Positions 30,531 through 40,629 of a stretch of 64,000 nucleotides of DNA are shown here, piece by piece (position 1 is the stretch's first letter; each line of letters opens with the position of its first letter). The stretch lies in the NCBI GenBank assembly GCA_040220235.1, contig JAVJTO010000044.1; one strand, written 5' to 3'. The position numbers and the translations under genes are program-made. Under the pieces are notes generated by a model, which ran no database searches, was not told the DNA's origin, and saw only the letters and a program-made list of their open reading frames with translations. The DNA comes from Coleofasciculus sp. B1-GNL1-01. GTDB taxonomy: Bacteria; Cyanobacteriota; Cyanobacteriia; Cyanobacteriales; Coleofasciculaceae.

Positions 30531-31094
30531 TCACAATAATAATTCATTAACTGGGCAACTATCAGAACCACTATTTACACAAAACGCAAACGAAAAAAAA
30601 ATACTTTTATCTTCTTCGACAGCCTTATAAATGGCATCAAACGTGTGGTAAATGTGACCAATTTTAGCCTGTTCTTGAAGCGGCTTTTCTGAAAACCCTT
30701 CACGGGAAGTAATTATGTTGAAAGTTATGTCTTGATTCTTGGCATATTCTAAAGTCAGCCAGGAAACAAGTCTTTGTTCGGATGGCGATAAGCCTTTATA
30801 CCATGTTGCATAGAGTCTGAATAATTTTTCTTTTTTGTGGGACTGATCATCTTCATCCTCTTCATCCTCTTCATCATCATCTCCATTAATCCCTAAAAAA
30901 TCTGTGATTTCATTTATCGTTTCCCCAGTGCGATTAATTTCCTCAATTCCATCATTTATGCTGTCTATAATATCGTCGATTTCCTCCAGGGGAAGTGCTA
31001 AGACTGGACTTTGACTAAACGTAACTGAGCAAATAAGACAAAAAGAGATAAAGCTTAATAAATCGAATTTACTAAACATCATTTCTTGCTTCAT
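30531..31094 (-). CDS. Hypothetical secreted protein
   Basis: 187-aa ORF with a signal-peptide-like N-terminus, an acidic tract and a C-terminal Cys pair. Confidence 0.6.
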   Translation of the reverse strand: MKQEMMFSKFDLLSFISFCLICSVTFSQSPVLALPLEEIDDIIDSINDGIEEINRTGETINEITDFLGINGDDDEEDEEDEDDQSHKKEKLFRLYATWYKGLSPSEQRLVSWLTLEYAKNQDITFNIITSREGFSEKPLQEQAKIGHIYHTFDAIYKAVEEDKSIFFSFAFCVNSGSDSCPVNELLL

Positions 31095-31315
31095 GACAAT
31101 CCCGACAATAAAACAGGATAAAAATTTGCCAATTTTTAAGGATATATATCCTCCTAGTCTAGTTTAATGTAAAAACACCCCTCGAACTTAGGTATAATTA
31201 CTTAAGGATTAGGTGACTCGTAATTGTCAGCGGGTAGATACCTCATTATATTGACAAAAGAACCTTTTGCTCTTCGCCATCGAGTCCCTCAATTAGTTCG
31301 CGATCGCAATATATA

Positions 31316-32863
31316 ATGAGTTGTCCAGATATTATTGTTATTGGTAGCGGTATCGGCGGTCTAAGCTGCGCCGCAATGCTTGCCCGCTATGGCTTAGATG
31401 TCACGGTTTGTGAAAGCCACTCGATTCCCGGTGGGGCTGCACACAGTTTTACCCGCAACGGTTATACCTTTGATTCGGGTCCCTCGCTATACTCTGGTTT
31501 ATCCTATAGTCCTTCTCCAAACCCCTTACGCCAAGTTCTGGATGCGATTGGTGAAGAACTCCCCTGTCTGACTTACGATACCTGGGGATGTTGTTTACCG
31601 GAGGGAGATTTTGACACCTCAGTGGGGGCGTCGCAATTTGCTGAGGTATTGGCAAAGTTACGCGGAAATCAGGCGGTAGCAGAATGGCGTTCATTACAAC
31701 AGGTAATGGAACCTTTGGGACAAGCTGCGATCGCAATTCCCCCAGCGGCGGTACGCTGGGATTTGGGGGTAGCGTTGACGGTGGGGCGATTTGCGCCATC
31801 AATGTGGCAACATGGGCTGAATGTGATGAAGCTGACGGAACCCTTTAGCCAGATTATGGATGATGTGGTGGTTGACCCCTTCTTACGCAACTGGCTAAAT
31901 CTCCTCTGTTTCCTCCTATCGGGACTCCCAGCCAATGGAACCAGCGCCGCAGAGATGGCGTTTATGTTTGCGGATTGGTATCAACCCGGTGTTGTCTTAG
32001 ATTATCCCGTGGGGGGAAGTGGCGCACTTGTGGAAGCCTTAGTACGGGGGTTGAAAAAACACGGGGGTCAACTGAGATTAAATGCACATATCGAGCAAGT
32101 TTTGGTAGAAAATAATCGGGCGGTTGGGGTGCGATTACGCGGGGGAGAGGAAATCCGGGCGCGTCAGGGGGTGGTGTCCAATGCCTCGGTTTGGGATACG
32201 CTGAAATTGATACCCGACGATGCGGTTCCCAAAGCGTTTCGCCAATCTCGACAAGCTACACCCACTTGTGAGAGTTTCATGCATCTGCATCTAGGAATTG
32301 ACGCCCAAGGATTACGTTCAGATTTAGCCTGTCACCATATTGTGGTCAATGATTGGGATAAAGGGGTGAGTGCGCCGCAAAATGTGGTGTTGATCTCAAT
32401 TCCTTCGATTCTTGACCCCTCCCTCGCGCCACCCGGAAAACATACGATTCATGTATATACACCGGGGAATGAACCTTACGAACTTTGGCAGGGACTTGAT
32501 CGCCATAGTGAAGACTATTTACAGCAAAAGCAAGTGCGATCGCAAGTGATGTGGCAAGCCTTGGAAAGAATTATACCCGATGTGCGATCGCGGTGTGATT
32601 TAACCTTAGTGGGTACACCGTTAACCCATGAACGGTTTTTGCGACGGTATCGGGGTTCTTATGGACCAGCGATTCCAGCCGGGGTGGGTTTCTTTCCGGG
32701 AGTGGGTACACCTTTACCAGGATTATACTGCTGTGGCGATTCCACGTTTCCCGGAATTGGGTTACCCGCAGTGGCGGCGAGTGGGATGATTGCAGCGAAT
32801 ACCCTTGCATCGGTACAGAAGCATTTAGATATGCTAAGAGAGATTGGCTGTATTAGAGGATAG
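31316..32863 (+). CDS. FAD-dependent oxidoreductase, phytoene desaturase/carotenoid isomerase (CrtH-like) family
   Basis: IGSGIGGL, FDSGPSL, DPSLAPPGKH and GDSTFPGIGLPAVAASG motifs. Confidence 0.85.
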   Translation: MSCPDIIVIGSGIGGLSCAAMLARYGLDVTVCESHSIPGGAAHSFTRNGYTFDSGPSLYSGLSYSPSPNPLRQVLDAIGEELPCLTYDTWGCCLPEGDFDTSVGASQFAEVLAKLRGNQAVAEWRSLQQVMEPLGQAAIAIPPAAVRWDLGVALTVGRFAPSMWQHGLNVMKLTEPFSQIMDDVVVDPFLRNWLNLLCFLLSGLPANGTSAAEMAFMFADWYQPGVVLDYPVGGSGALVEALVRGLKKHGGQLRLNAHIEQVLVENNRAVGVRLRGGEEIRARQGVVSNASVWDTLKLIPDDAVPKAFRQSRQATPTCESFMHLHLGIDAQGLRSDLACHHIVVNDWDKGVSAPQNVVLISIPSILDPSLAPPGKHTIHVYTPGNEPYELWQGLDRHSEDYLQQKQVRSQVMWQALERIIPDVRSRCDLTLVGTPLTHERFLRRYRGSYGPAIPAGVGFFPGVGTPLPGLYCCGDSTFPGIGLPAVAASGMIAANTLASVQKHLDMLREIGCIRG

Positions 32864-32901
32864 TTGATGGTTCTCGTAATAAGTGAATCAGCGATCGCGG
32901 A

Positions 32902-34047
32902 TTAGTGGGTTTCGATTTGGGCGATCGCCTCTTCTGGTGATGCATCTCCCTGAATCACAGACTTGATTCCCGGTAGATATTGATCCATCATCGCCACGTT
33001 GGTGTCAACCAAGCGCTTCATTTGAGGAAACGTGAGTGTTGACCCTTCAACGTCAATGCTGGTTTTGTAGGCAACTTCTCCTTCAGCAAAGTCCAACTCA
33101 AAATTGCCAATAACCATGCCATAATTGGCTCTAGCGATGAATTCTGCTAACCCTCGACGCTTGGCTTTGGGGACTGTAACTGGGCAAATTGAGTAAAAGA
33201 CGAATTGTTGTTCATTTTCTCTGGCTCTAGCGTAGCAAGTCCATTGACCATTTTTTCCCTGGAATCCCATTTGTAATACAGGTTGTCCTTTTATCTGGTA
33301 AAAAGACCAGTCGTCCTGTTTGAAGAAATTGACCATTTCCGCCAAAATTGGGATGCTGGATGGTTCTGGTTCGGTAATGGTGTTAGGTACTTGCTTTTCT
33401 ATGGCATCCAGACTGACATCAGCTAATTCATCGAAGAAATTGGTTATTCCTTCAAGCATCTGGGAAGTGGTTTTCTGCGTTACTTCAGATAGATTAGCCT
33501 CTGTCCAATCTTTGAAGAAGGTAGTAATTGCTTCTGCAATTTCTTCGCTTGAACCTGAAGTCGTGGCTTGAGCAAGGGCGGCTGGACTAATATAATCCCA
33601 GAGGGTGCGGTAGCCTGTTTCACCTGATTCCTGTTGCTGTTTGACGGATAGGGCTAACCAATTCTCAGTAGAGAGTAACGGGTGATTGGGTTGTTGTTGG
33701 CTGAGATTCAGGATATAGGTGGCAGCTTCGTCAATGGTTGTAGTGTGTCGTGCTAGGCGAGGCAGCAAGTCTGGCTTTAAAATGGTTTCGATTTGGATGT
33801 CGGGTTCGGGTAGGAATTCGACCGCCGAGAGGGGGTTACGCACTTCCGGCTTGAGATTGAATAGTGCTTCTGTGTCGATGCGCTGGTAGAGTTGGGGGTT
33901 GACGTGGAAGGTGAGACGACATTCAATGAGTTCGTTGTCTTGTATGGTTAGGGTTAGGGTTATTGCGTGGATAGGTAGGGGGGATGGAGTGCGATCGCGT
34001 AGGATTAACTCGCTATTTAGGTAACAAGTTTCAGTCTTAGTAGTCAT
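32902..34047 (-). CDS. YbjN-domain protein with a long N-terminal extension
   Basis: C-terminal FQGKNGQW...FVFYSICP...EFIARANYGMVIGNFELDF..GEV.YKTSID. The ATG at 34047 sits 2 bp after the LRR stop. Confidence 0.8.
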   Translation of the reverse strand: MTTKTETCYLNSELILRDRTPSPLPIHAITLTLTIQDNELIECRLTFHVNPQLYQRIDTEALFNLKPEVRNPLSAVEFLPEPDIQIETILKPDLLPRLARHTTTIDEAATYILNLSQQQPNHPLLSTENWLALSVKQQQESGETGYRTLWDYISPAALAQATTSGSSEEIAEAITTFFKDWTEANLSEVTQKTTSQMLEGITNFFDELADVSLDAIEKQVPNTITEPEPSSIPILAEMVNFFKQDDWSFYQIKGQPVLQMGFQGKNGQWTCYARARENEQQFVFYSICPVTVPKAKRRGLAEFIARANYGMVIGNFELDFAEGEVAYKTSIDVEGSTLTFPQMKRLVDTNVAMMDQYLPGIKSVIQGDASPEEAIAQIETH

Positions 34048-34049
34048 GT

Positions 34050-34973
34050 TTAGTCGGGGCGACACCATATTTGATTGTCTAGGCTAAAACCCGCATTTAT
34101 CAAAGCAGCGTTACCTTCACGACCAAAGATATTACCTTGTAAATCCAACTCGACAAGTTTTGAGAGATGAGAGGATTGTGCAAGAGCTACCACACCCTCA
34201 TCCCCAATCTGGGCAAAAGCTAAATAAAGTCCTTCCAAACTGACAAGGTGGGTAGACTGAGCAAGTGCCGCAGCCCCCTCATCTCCAATTAAGTTTTTGG
34301 ACAGATCCAACATAGTCAATTTTGAGAGGTTTGGAGATTGGGCTAATGCGGTTACACCTGTCTTTGTAATTGCGTTATCAAATAACTCCAAGTGGGTAAG
34401 AGTGGTTAAGTAAGGTGATTGCGCCAGTGCAATTGTGCCTTCATCACCCACCTTATTGTTATACAAATTGAGTTTGGCAAGCTTGGAGAAGTTAGTTGAT
34501 TGAGCTAGTGCCTGCATTCCGTTGAAACCAATCTGATTATCAGGCAGTTCCAATTTTTTCAGGTTAGTCAGGTAAGGGGAATGTGCTAGTGCGATCGCAC
34601 CAACATCAGTAATTTGGTTATCTTCCAGAGAGAGTATGGTCAGATTTCTAAGGTAAGGCAATTGGGCAAGCTCTGATACGCCCTCATCACCAATTTTACG
34701 GGCGAACAGACTCAACTCTCGCACAATCTGCAAACGGGGATTAGGCGGCTGAAGAATGTTTTTTCGCCAAGACCAAGGTGCTTTGCGGTAAAAATCAAAC
34801 CAGTTTGTCAACCGTTGCTCTGCATAATCAAGTGCTTCAGCTAATCCCTCATTTTCAGACCAAGTATCCAGCAACTCACATAACTCATTCCAGGTTTTGT
34901 CACTGGGTTCCTGATTTAAAATCCTCTGAAGTTGGGCTAGTCGTTCATCGGTTTTTTGGAACTCATTTGACAT
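34050..34973 (-). CDS. Leucine-rich repeat protein (28-residue, ribonuclease-inhibitor-like repeats)
   Basis: About 8 repeats of LxxLxLxxNxIGDEGxxALAQSPxL. Confidence 0.9.
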   Translation of the reverse strand: MSNEFQKTDERLAQLQRILNQEPSDKTWNELCELLDTWSENEGLAEALDYAEQRLTNWFDFYRKAPWSWRKNILQPPNPRLQIVRELSLFARKIGDEGVSELAQLPYLRNLTILSLEDNQITDVGAIALAHSPYLTNLKKLELPDNQIGFNGMQALAQSTNFSKLAKLNLYNNKVGDEGTIALAQSPYLTTLTHLELFDNAITKTGVTALAQSPNLSKLTMLDLSKNLIGDEGAAALAQSTHLVSLEGLYLAFAQIGDEGVVALAQSSHLSKLVELDLQGNIFGREGNAALINAGFSLDNQIWCRPD

Positions 34974-35023
34974 AATTTCATCTCCTTGGAAGACATAGAA
35001 GTAGGAACAGGAATCAATTCTGC

Positions 35024-35539
35024 CTACTCAGCCTCATATTCCTTCAGATGCTCTGGATCTGTCGGTGCCTGAAATTTGCGAACTTCAACAAGTTCACCCA
35101 ACTTATCCAATTTGAGACCACCTCGCCAATTCCAACTGATACCGTTACCTGGATCGCTGGAGACATTATACTGGGATACGATTTTCAACCCATTTTCTGT
35201 GTTGGCAAGATAAAAACAAGTAGAATAGGTACTCCGTCCGCGAAGTGTGGAGCTGACATAGCAACGGTAGAGATTCCCGTGGGTGGGATGTTGGTATTTC
35301 TTTACCTGAAAGAATATTCTTGGTTGCGTTTGCTCTAGCTGTTCTTTTCCCTCTTCAAAATAGGACTCATCAACTTGTCGAGGTCGGTATATGTCCGACT
35401 TTAAATCCCCCTCATACAACGTATTAAGTTCTGAGCGCTTGGGTCTGAACACATTATTGTCAGGCTCACTCCAACAGGCAACCCATGTCTCATATTCTTT
35501 ATCAATAAAATTACGTATAAATGTGATTGCTTCTTCCAT
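35024..35539 (-). CDS. Hypothetical protein, candidate immunity protein
   Basis: 171-aa ORF starting 11 bp after the stop of the nuclease-tipped effector. Confidence 0.65.
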   Translation of the reverse strand: MEEAITFIRNFIDKEYETWVACWSEPDNNVFRPKRSELNTLYEGDLKSDIYRPRQVDESYFEEGKEQLEQTQPRIFFQVKKYQHPTHGNLYRCYVSSTLRGRSTYSTCFYLANTENGLKIVSQYNVSSDPGNGISWNWRGGLKLDKLGELVEVRKFQAPTDPEHLKEYEAE

Positions 35540-35550
35540 AATTCAATTTC

Positions 35551-38500
35551 CTATGAATGATTTAGTCCGAGCCAAACATCTGCTCCTATGTTTCTACGGA
35601 AGGTTACAGGCTTGTTAGTGACTCCATTTACCACAGTAACTTTATATCTCACATTCATACAACGTTTAAAGTTAGGCTGAACACGATTTACAAAAGCTTG
35701 CACTTCATCCCTGACTTCATCCTTATCCTTTTTGGGTAGTTCCTCAAGAATTTCCTCTATAACCTCCGGAGAGCTTAGTTTACCCCAAGTTACATTTACC
35801 TCCATATCAAACTCAACAGCGTTGTTTTCTTGGACAAACTCTTTAATGGCATCCTCTGCTCCTTTCATAACCACCTGGTTATAGTGGGCACTCGTGGTGA
35901 TCAGGTTTGCACTATCCTTGTATCCTGAACCCAAAAACTGATCAGCAATCAAGTGACTGGCATTAAGATTCTCATTTCTTTCGTATCCAGGTGATCTCGC
36001 AGTATAACCCCGCCCTGTTACTCCAGCATCAGCCTTTAGTTTGAGACTTGTACCCTGAACAGACTTGACCATTTTGTTTGGAGCAAGCTCTACCCGGAAA
36101 TGAGCGCCACCATGGGTATCATACTCGATCGCTGTTGAGCCATCATCACCTACGTCATACCTAGTTAAGTTTTTCGGCTCATACAGATTGTGGGTAGATT
36201 CTTTGCCACTGAGTAGATTACCCAAGAACTCATCTATGAGAATATCTTCAGCTTGGTTCCGTTTGCCCGCGTCAAAGATGTGTTCTTGGAGACGAGTCTT
36301 CGATTGTGGAAAACTCCCTTGGCGATTGTGCAAAGAACCTTTATGATCGCTCACATACCCACCGGGATTGTTTTTTGCTTTCTCCGGCACTGGCTTACCC
36401 TGGCTTTCCACGTCTTCAACCGCTAGTTCGAGAGCTGGAACCGCCATATTGTTATGCCCATAGGTACCGTAATCATGGTCTAAATTCAGCGGACTCTGTA
36501 GCATCTTGCCTGCCTTATTAGAAGTTCCCGATGTCATAAGAGTGTTCTTAACGGCATTCCAGTCTGCATAATCTCCACCAGCTTCTTGCAGTTGTTCTAG
36601 TCCAGTCTGCAAGCCTGCCTTAGCTTGTGGAGCAGCGGCTTGTAGCTGGCTGGAGAAACGTTCGACTAGATTAACACCATCGAGAGTATCACCGAACAAA
36701 TCACATAGCTGCTTGAGTACATCTGCTAGAGTCTCTTGCGCCGCCTCCGTCTGATTATCTGCCTGTTCCGCCTCATTAATAGCCTTCTCATCTGTTGAGT
36801 TTTGCTTCGCCTCCTCCATTTCTTTAGCCGTCTTTTGGGCTTTTTGCTCCGTTGTACCCAGATGCTGACGAGCCTTACCCAGCAATGACTGAGCCTGTGG
36901 GCGCTTCTCTTCTGGCACAGAATCGAGCTTTCCTTGCCACTCATTCAGCTTCGCCTCAACAGGAGTGGGGGTACTGGCAACCATTACAGTAGTTGAGGTT
37001 CCCTGAGTTTTTATCCACAGACGATGACTTTCATCTCCACCACTGAAGTTAACGGTTTTACCAACTTCACTATCCTCAAGCTGCTCACCCTCGTTTTCAC
37101 CTTGCTGCTCACCCTCTTTCTTACCTTTGTTTTTACCCTTACCAAATCCAAGTTTCTTACCAATCTTCTTGGCAAACTTCACCGCTTGAGCAATTAGCCA
37201 ATCAATTGCCTTATCAATCGGCTCTTTCACCTTCTGAATAATTTCCTGAATCTTCTTACTAATACCACCTAAGCCCAACAGACTCGCCATGAAGCTAATC
37301 ACCACAGGTAGCGCCTTAGACAAAGCATTCTCAATCAACTTCGCGGCTCCACCCAGCGCCCCATTCGCAATTGCTTTTACCGACTCCATCACCGCGTTCA
37401 CCAACTCCACAATCTGGCTACCGCGCTCAATGAAGAACATGATGATGTCGTAAATCATCTTACAGGCTTTGGCAAATGCTGAAGCTGGGTTCAACAGGCT
37501 AATTACCCACAGCACACCCTGCTTAATCACACTCTCAATCACAAAATTCTGGATGGTATCAACTACCATCACTTTCAGGTCACCAATCTTATCCTGAATG
37601 AACTGCCACAGACCCGCTAATCCCTCATTCTTCAAGATAACGAAGACTTCAAAGGTCTTTTCTAACCCATTGAACATCTTCTCTCCGTTCTTACCCAGAG
37701 CCTTGATTGTCCGTGACTTAATTGAGTCATACGCTAACCCTAGCACCTGCATCACTAAGGTGAAGATGCCTTTGAGGTCAAAGCTTTCTGGCATTTGAAT
37801 GCCTGCCTTTGCCATCGTACCCGTCAGCCAACCCAACAACCCTTTCTTCAGATGCTCCCAGATATTACCGACAAAGTTTTGGAATCCTTGCTTAATTCCG
37901 GAAACCAAATTCCCTAAGAACTTAATCGGGTCGAGAATAATTTTCTCCACGGCACCAGCGGCTTTTGCCAAGACGCCCATCAGCATATCTTTCAGTTGCA
38001 TGATGGTTTGAACGGTTCCCACAATGGCGTCTTTCGCTTTATCTTTCAGACCCTTATTTGCTTCTTTCCGTTTCTCAATGTCGGCATCAAGCTCTTGCAG
38101 GTTCTCACTGTATTTTTGTGCCAGGGAGTCAATTAACTCATCTTGCTTACTATTAACACTCTCTTCTAATTGCTCAAACTTTCCTTGAATGTTCTGTGCC
38201 GCGTCCTGTCCGACTTTCCGGAGATTTTCCGGCAAACCCGCAACGTGTTCCTGAATTTTCTGCTTGCCTTCAGCAATTTTCTGTTTAGCTTCATTCAGTT
38301 TTTGGGCAACAAAATTAGCAATATCGGTCAGGGTTCCATCCATTGAATCGAGATACTTTTGCCGCCCATCGACAAAGAATTGATTGACCTCCGGTGGCAA
38401 CCCATGCCAACTATCACTAATTCGCTCATCCCATCCAGTTACGTCATACCATTCACCATAGCGCTCATCCTCCCACGCCTCCATTTTCTGGTCAACGTAA

Positions 38501-40041
38501 TTCTCAAATATCTGCTTGGCAGTTGCAGCACCCGCATCAAACTTCTTGGTTACTTCGTCATCTATGTTACTAAGAACGTCTTCAACCTTTTTCTTCGTAT
38601 CTTGGTAGATACCATTAATATGGTTGGCAATTTTAGTCCGTTCCTGGGTATCCTTGCCCTGAGTTTCACTCTGAGCGCCCATCACCTGATTCAACAGTTG
38701 TGAACGCTCACCATGCATTCCCTGGAGCTGAGTTTGGCTCGTCGTTTGTGCCTCAGCTTCAGCCTTATTGATAGTGGCTTTTTCATCCCGACTATAGGTT
38801 TGTGGGGCTTCTTTAGCGTGGGTTTGTGCTTCTTTCTTCGCACTTAGCGCGTCCACAAACTGTGGTTCATTTGATTTTTCCAGTGTCTCTTCCGGGACTT
38901 TCGCCTTGGCTAACTCGTCATCTAGTTCTTGACTATTTGCCTCAAACGGTGCGGATACTTCAGAATCAGGTTTTGGCTTAGGTGCAGCTTTCTCGGCATT
39001 AATATCAGTTGGCGCTGCTCCCGCCTCTGGCGGCTGCATTGGCGTGACGGGTTTCGGTTCAACACCACTGGTATCCGGGGCGGCTTTGGTTTTCTCCTCA
39101 ATCGGACCGGCTGCTTTTTTCTCCTCGTCAGTTACCTGAGAGGAGACATCCTGCTTCACCGCATCAAGCTGATTACTCTCCTTGAATTTTTTAGCGTCTT
39201 CTTCGTTATCAGGAATAATTGCGCCAATTTTTTCCATCAGCTTTGCCTTGAAAGCCTTCGCATTAAAGGTTCCAGGCTGCTGCTGGTTCATTTCCCCAAC
39301 TTGTTTGTCTTGCGCCTTACTCTCTACTTCGTTACCCGGAGGTTCAGCGGCGTCTTGGGCTTCTTTGGATTCAGCTTCGGCGGGGTCATGCTGTTTTTCT
39401 TTCTCAGCCACTCCCTTTGCCTTATCGACCACACCCTGGAATTCTGGGTCTTCTTCTGGGGAACTGGGAGATGTTGCTCCCCCGCCGCCTGGGGTAGCTG
39501 ATGCCCCACCTGATGCTGCACTTTCTGCTGCCGTTTGTTGAGTATCACCTTCTGTTGTTGCTACATTGCCACCCGCTTCTGCCATCTCTGGTGCGGCTGC
39601 TGCACTCCCAGCTTCATTAGCTACCTGGGGAGTGGCTGGAGCGGCGTTACCACCGGATGCTGGCGCGGGTGCGGGTTGTGCTGGTTGGGGTTTATTCTCT
39701 TTTACTGTTTGTTCTTGGGGATTTTCTCGGCGTTGGATTTTCAGTTGTGTCGGAAAACCCGATACCAGGCGTTCTTTTGTCTGTAACTTATTTCCCTTTG
39801 TCCCAACTTGGCTATCGGTTTTCGCCTGAACTTGACTGCCATTTTGCTGAACAACATGAGTTAATTCATGCGCCAATAATTCCTGTCCTGGCTGATTATC
39901 CGGTTGATATTCTCCCTGTTTAAAGAAGATATCTGTACCTGTGGTAAATGCCTTGGCTTGAATTGACTCATTCAGTTTGTTGGACTTACTGTCAGTGTGA
40001 ACCTGAACTTGACTAAAATCCGCCCCAAACGCCTGCTCCAT
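35551..40041 (-). CDS. DUF4157 (eCIS-associated) large effector with C-terminal non-specific endonuclease; 5' end appears truncated
   Basis: MEQAFGADFSQVQVH...AKAFTTGTDIFF..GEYQP....GQELLAHELTHVVQQ (DUF4157). C-terminal ASHLIADQFLGSG...ANLITTSAHYN (betabetaalpha-Me nuclease). The frame stays open to 40257 with no canonical start. Confidence 0.85.
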   Translation of the reverse strand: MEQAFGADFSQVQVHTDSKSNKLNESIQAKAFTTGTDIFFKQGEYQPDNQPGQELLAHELTHVVQQNGSQVQAKTDSQVGTKGNKLQTKERLVSGFPTQLKIQRRENPQEQTVKENKPQPAQPAPAPASGGNAAPATPQVANEAGSAAAAPEMAEAGGNVATTEGDTQQTAAESAASGGASATPGGGGATSPSSPEEDPEFQGVVDKAKGVAEKEKQHDPAEAESKEAQDAAEPPGNEVESKAQDKQVGEMNQQQPGTFNAKAFKAKLMEKIGAIIPDNEEDAKKFKESNQLDAVKQDVSSQVTDEEKKAAGPIEEKTKAAPDTSGVEPKPVTPMQPPEAGAAPTDINAEKAAPKPKPDSEVSAPFEANSQELDDELAKAKVPEETLEKSNEPQFVDALSAKKEAQTHAKEAPQTYSRDEKATINKAEAEAQTTSQTQLQGMHGERSQLLNQVMGAQSETQGKDTQERTKIANHINGIYQDTKKKVEDVLSNIDDEVTKKFDAGAATAKQIFENYVDQKMEAWEDERYGEWYDVTGWDERISDSWHGLPPEVNQFFVDGRQKYLDSMDGTLTDIANFVAQKLNEAKQKIAEGKQKIQEHVAGLPENLRKVGQDAAQNIQGKFEQLEESVNSKQDELIDSLAQKYSENLQELDADIEKRKEANKGLKDKAKDAIVGTVQTIMQLKDMLMGVLAKAAGAVEKIILDPIKFLGNLVSGIKQGFQNFVGNIWEHLKKGLLGWLTGTMAKAGIQMPESFDLKGIFTLVMQVLGLAYDSIKSRTIKALGKNGEKMFNGLEKTFEVFVILKNEGLAGLWQFIQDKIGDLKVMVVDTIQNFVIESVIKQGVLWVISLLNPASAFAKACKMIYDIIMFFIERGSQIVELVNAVMESVKAIANGALGGAAKLIENALSKALPVVISFMASLLGLGGISKKIQEIIQKVKEPIDKAIDWLIAQAVKFAKKIGKKLGFGKGKNKGKKEGEQQGENEGEQLEDSEVGKTVNFSGGDESHRLWIKTQGTSTTVMVASTPTPVEAKLNEWQGKLDSVPEEKRPQAQSLLGKARQHLGTTEQKAQKTAKEMEEAKQNSTDEKAINEAEQADNQTEAAQETLADVLKQLCDLFGDTLDGVNLVERFSSQLQAAAPQAKAGLQTGLEQLQEAGGDYADWNAVKNTLMTSGTSNKAGKMLQSPLNLDHDYGTYGHNNMAVPALELAVEDVESQGKPVPEKAKNNPGGYVSDHKGSLHNRQGSFPQSKTRLQEHIFDAGKRNQAEDILIDEFLGNLLSGKESTHNLYEPKNLTRYDVGDDGSTAIEYDTHGGAHFRVELAPNKMVKSVQGTSLKLKADAGVTGRGYTARSPGYERNENLNASHLIADQFLGSGYKDSANLITTSAHYNQVVMKGAEDAIKEFVQENNAVEFDMEVNVTWGKLSSPEVIEEILEELPKKDKDEVRDEVQAFVNRVQPNFKRCMNVRYKVTVVNGVTNKPVTFRRNIGADVWLGLNHS

Positions 40042-40238
40042 TGGCTGGCGTATTTTATTAGAGATTGGCTGTCCGCTACCTCGTTTTTGTTCAATCTCCT
40101 GTTCTATATTTGGTGCAGCCTCGGCTTCACTGTCGGCTATTTCCTGACGCTGGATAGTACCATCTGATCCGGAACCATCGGAGGCTGCTGCTAGAGAAAT
40201 CTCGTCACGCTCTTGAGTTTCTTCTTGCTCTTGAGTCA

Positions 40239-40457
40239 GAGGCAGAAGTCCCCCTGTTTAACCCCAGACAAGATAATTGGAGCAATCATTTTATTTGGTC
40301 AGCGGATGGACTATTCATCATCGGTTTAACCCCAGTTGGACGGACTACGGTTACAGCATTAGCCTTAAATCGAGAAAGAGTCATTAATATTCGTGCGGCG
40401 GATAAAGCTGTAGGGCGACATCCACCACCAGGCGATCCAATTCAGTCAGAAAATTGA
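40239..40457 (+). pseudogene. C-terminal fragment of an HNH-endonuclease-family gene
   Basis: EAEVPLFNPRQDNWSNHFIWSADGLFIIGLTPVGRTTVTALALNRERVINIR...GRHPP*; no N-terminal HNH core or start codon. Confidence 0.75.
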
Positions 40458-40629
40458 TAGCACTTGCCATCTGAAGCGATCGCGTATTCTAGATTTGCCG
40501 CGTTCGGTTACCGCATAACGAGAATCAGGTTGTTCGCTGCGATCGCGTGAGGCTCCGGTTATCTGTTCGGTCGAATGTTAAGATAGATGTCCGACATCCT
40601 ACAAGATTAGCATCGAGCAGTTCCCTATT

